From: Octopus sinensis | Taxonomy: Eukaryota | Direction: 5' to 3' | Assembly (NCBI RefSeq): GCF_006345805.1 | Contig: NC_042999.1 | Span: 113,212,001-113,276,000 of the forward strand | Length of the DNA stretch: 64,000 bases | Shown here: in pieces, positions 61,604 to 64,000 of the stretch | How positions within the stretch are numbered: position 1 is the stretch's first letter | Layout: every line of letters begins with the position of its first letter | The notes under the pieces: generated by a model | What the model was told of the DNA's origin: nothing | What the model saw: only the letters and a program-made list of their open reading frames with translations | The model's database searches: none | Program-made: the position numbers and the translations under genes

Positions 61604-62986
61604 TAAATTTATAATTAATATCACATGACAGCCGTCTTATGCAAATATTTTTCCATCTTGGATTCGTGCGTATAAAGTGTTTGAATATATTAAATAGCAT
61701 CATTATTATTGAAATTAAAGAAATGTCTGACATGTCTATCCTTATAGAAATATTGTGAACAGCTGAGCTTATGGAAAATTACGTATGTTTGTGTTGGTGT
61801 GTATGTGCGGGATGTGTATGCATGTGTGCCCGTGTTTGTGTATGTGTGTGCATGTATGTATGCGAGTGTGTGCGTTTGTCTGTGTGTATATATGCAAAAA
61901 TATTCATACAGTGCAAATATTATGTTATAAAGAGCGAAAAGTTGTGTAGTGAACAGACGTATTTATTATTAAAAAAATACAGACATAATCATTAGAGTAG
62001 TTTACTCATGCGAGTTTCGTTCTTGTCTAATCACGACTACAGAGGAAAAAGAAGGAACTTATGTTATTTATAAGATTAGAGGAGGCATGACGGGTTGGCG
62101 GGTTCGATGACTCCAATTGTATAATTCATAATTAGAGATGTGGGGAGTAATGGGAATTAGTGTAAAATACTTTGTTCTATAATGTGGTAAATATCAGGTT
62201 AAGCTTTTCTTTTAATTTATATTTAGGATGCGTATGAGTTGTGTATGAAATAATATTTATACGAAGAGGCACTCACGCATGCATAAATACCAGTAAATAT
62301 GAAAGTCACGAAAGTAATGCAAAGGGGGACAACTTCTTTTAATTAGTTGACGTTCAAATTGCATATCTTGGTCGAGTAACTTTTTCTCTATATAAATTTA
62401 CTTCTCAGCATAATCTCCATCACAAACGATTCATTTGTGCCATCGTTGAAGTTTGAAACAATTCACTTTCACCTCGTCTGTCATCAAATTGTTGTTACTG
62501 AAGACTCTTTCTCGAAGAGCGAAGCGCCTCGAAGACAGGAGACATCAGATTCGGGACATACAGTTGATGAGAGTCAGGGGTCGGCACAAAACATCATGGT
62601 GACTGTTTTGGAGGATGTCATTCTCCTTGATTTTCTGAAACGTAGTTGTGCCATATTTGATGACAGATAATATTTGCACTGTATGAATATTTTTGCATAT
62701 ATACACACAGACACACGCACACACTCGCATACATACATGCACACACATACACAAACACGAGCACACATGTATACACATCCCGCACATACACACCAACACA
62801 AACATACGTAATTTTCCATAAGCTCAGCTGTTCACAATATTTCTATAAGGATAGACATGTCAGACATTTCATTAATTTCAATAATAATGATGCTATTTAA
62901 TATATTCAAACACTTTATACGCACGTATCCAAGATGGAAAAATATTTGCATAAGACGGCTGTCATGTGATATTAATTATAAATTTA
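61604..62986. repeat. 320-bp inverted repeat (61604-61923 vs 62667-62986)
   Basis: Reverse-complement match with about 5 substitutions by eye; ORFs 61771+ and 62574- share the same N-terminus. Confidence 0.95.
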
Positions 62987-63720
62987 CCGGTTGCCTGATT
63001 TGTTTTCAAAGATGTATGTGGTTGTAAAATGTCAGGGTGAATGTGGATCATTTCAGATTTTTCTTTTGTCGTTTCCTAAGCTTTTTAAGTATTTCAATGT
63101 GCTGCTTGTTGTTTATGGTACAACTACGTTTCAGAAAATCAAGGAGAATGACATCCTTCAAAACAGTCACCATGATGTTTTGTACCGACCCCTGACTTTT
63201 CATCGACTTAGGCTTTGGAGAAGAGGTATGGCTTCATTCTATGTACTGAACCTTAGTTTTTGGATCATAAAGATACAACCACGTTTCGTCTTCTGTCACT
63301 ATGTTGGAAAATACGTGTCTTCATTGGATCCAAACGCTTTCAGCAGATCAGAACCAACCTCGAAATTTCTCTCCTTCCAATCGAATGTCAAATGTTGTGG
63401 AACTCATTTTGGACCTATTTTCCGATACCCGAAGTCTTCTTGCATCTTCTGTAATGTTTTATGACTATATAGTCAAGTTGTGCAGCAAGTTGCGTAGACT
63501 CGTTTGTATGCGCCAATCAATCCGTTCACTCGCTGGTGACTCATGTCAGTGGTTGCAGTTGATGGTCATCTACTTCATGGTTTCTCTTCAATATAGTTTT
63601 GTTCTATAATCTTCATTTGTTTGTGCACATTGCTCTTGTCAATGGTATCATCTCAACAATGGTATCATCTCAACATTAGTTGAAAGAGTCCTTTCTCCGA
63701 AACTTCAGAGTGTGCATTTT
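62290..63720 (-). mobile_element. Decayed mariner element with a disrupted transposase, interrupted at 62570-62986
   Basis: Minus-strand IEEKP*SR*PSTATTD (EDxPRSGRP), GYRKIGPK*VPQHL (WVPHxL), NIVTEDETWLYLYDPKTK, NIMVTV...VILLDFL, HPDILQPHTS (HDNAxPH), HQLYVPNL (HPPYSPDL), RWHK*IVCDGDYAEK*. Confidence 0.88.
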
Positions 63721-64000
63721 AAATAATTATATCATGAGTAATCTGATTATATATACATATATTTATATACACACACACATATATATATATATACATATAC
63801 AAACACATATCACACGTCTTCATGATTTTTTAAATCTATACTAGCCATCTTAATTTAATTCTTTAGACAATAATAATAGCAAGCCCTTTTTGGGCTCTCG
63901 TTTAATGAACCAGGGCTAATGTGAATCCCAAGACTAGCCACCCAACACATGTCCATTAATTTTAAGCTCCTAAAAATTTGTGAACAAATACAAGAGTATA

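Overview
AT-rich, repeat-saturated animal genomic DNA. An octopod cephalopod source is my inference from the density of (TACA)n/(TA)n/(CA)n microsatellites and the tRNA-derived SINE families. I found no convincing host protein-coding exon, rRNA, tRNA gene or CRISPR array, and most ORFs in the track are translated microsatellites. The window holds: two abundant tRNA-derived SINE families plus a third single copy; three distinct decayed Penelope-like elements (PLEs); two R4/Dong-type non-LTR retrotransposons, one with a 372-aa open zinc-knuckle/restriction-like endonuclease frame sitting in (AAT)n; a CR1-group LINE remnant; a decayed mariner; a hAT-like transposase remnant; and several MITE-like elements. 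The most interesting observations are (1) a three-part templated inverted insertion inside the mariner, with other template-switch-like scars at 25.7 and 43.6 kb; (2) a LINE 3' tail that aligns without gaps to a SINE 3' tail, including the position of a small hairpin, suggesting a SINE-LINE partnership; (3) degenerate hammerhead-ribozyme-like motifs, one inside a 357-bp unit with terminal repeats. I see no evidence for a wholly new multi-gene system. All alignments and counts were done by eye and none were checked against databases.
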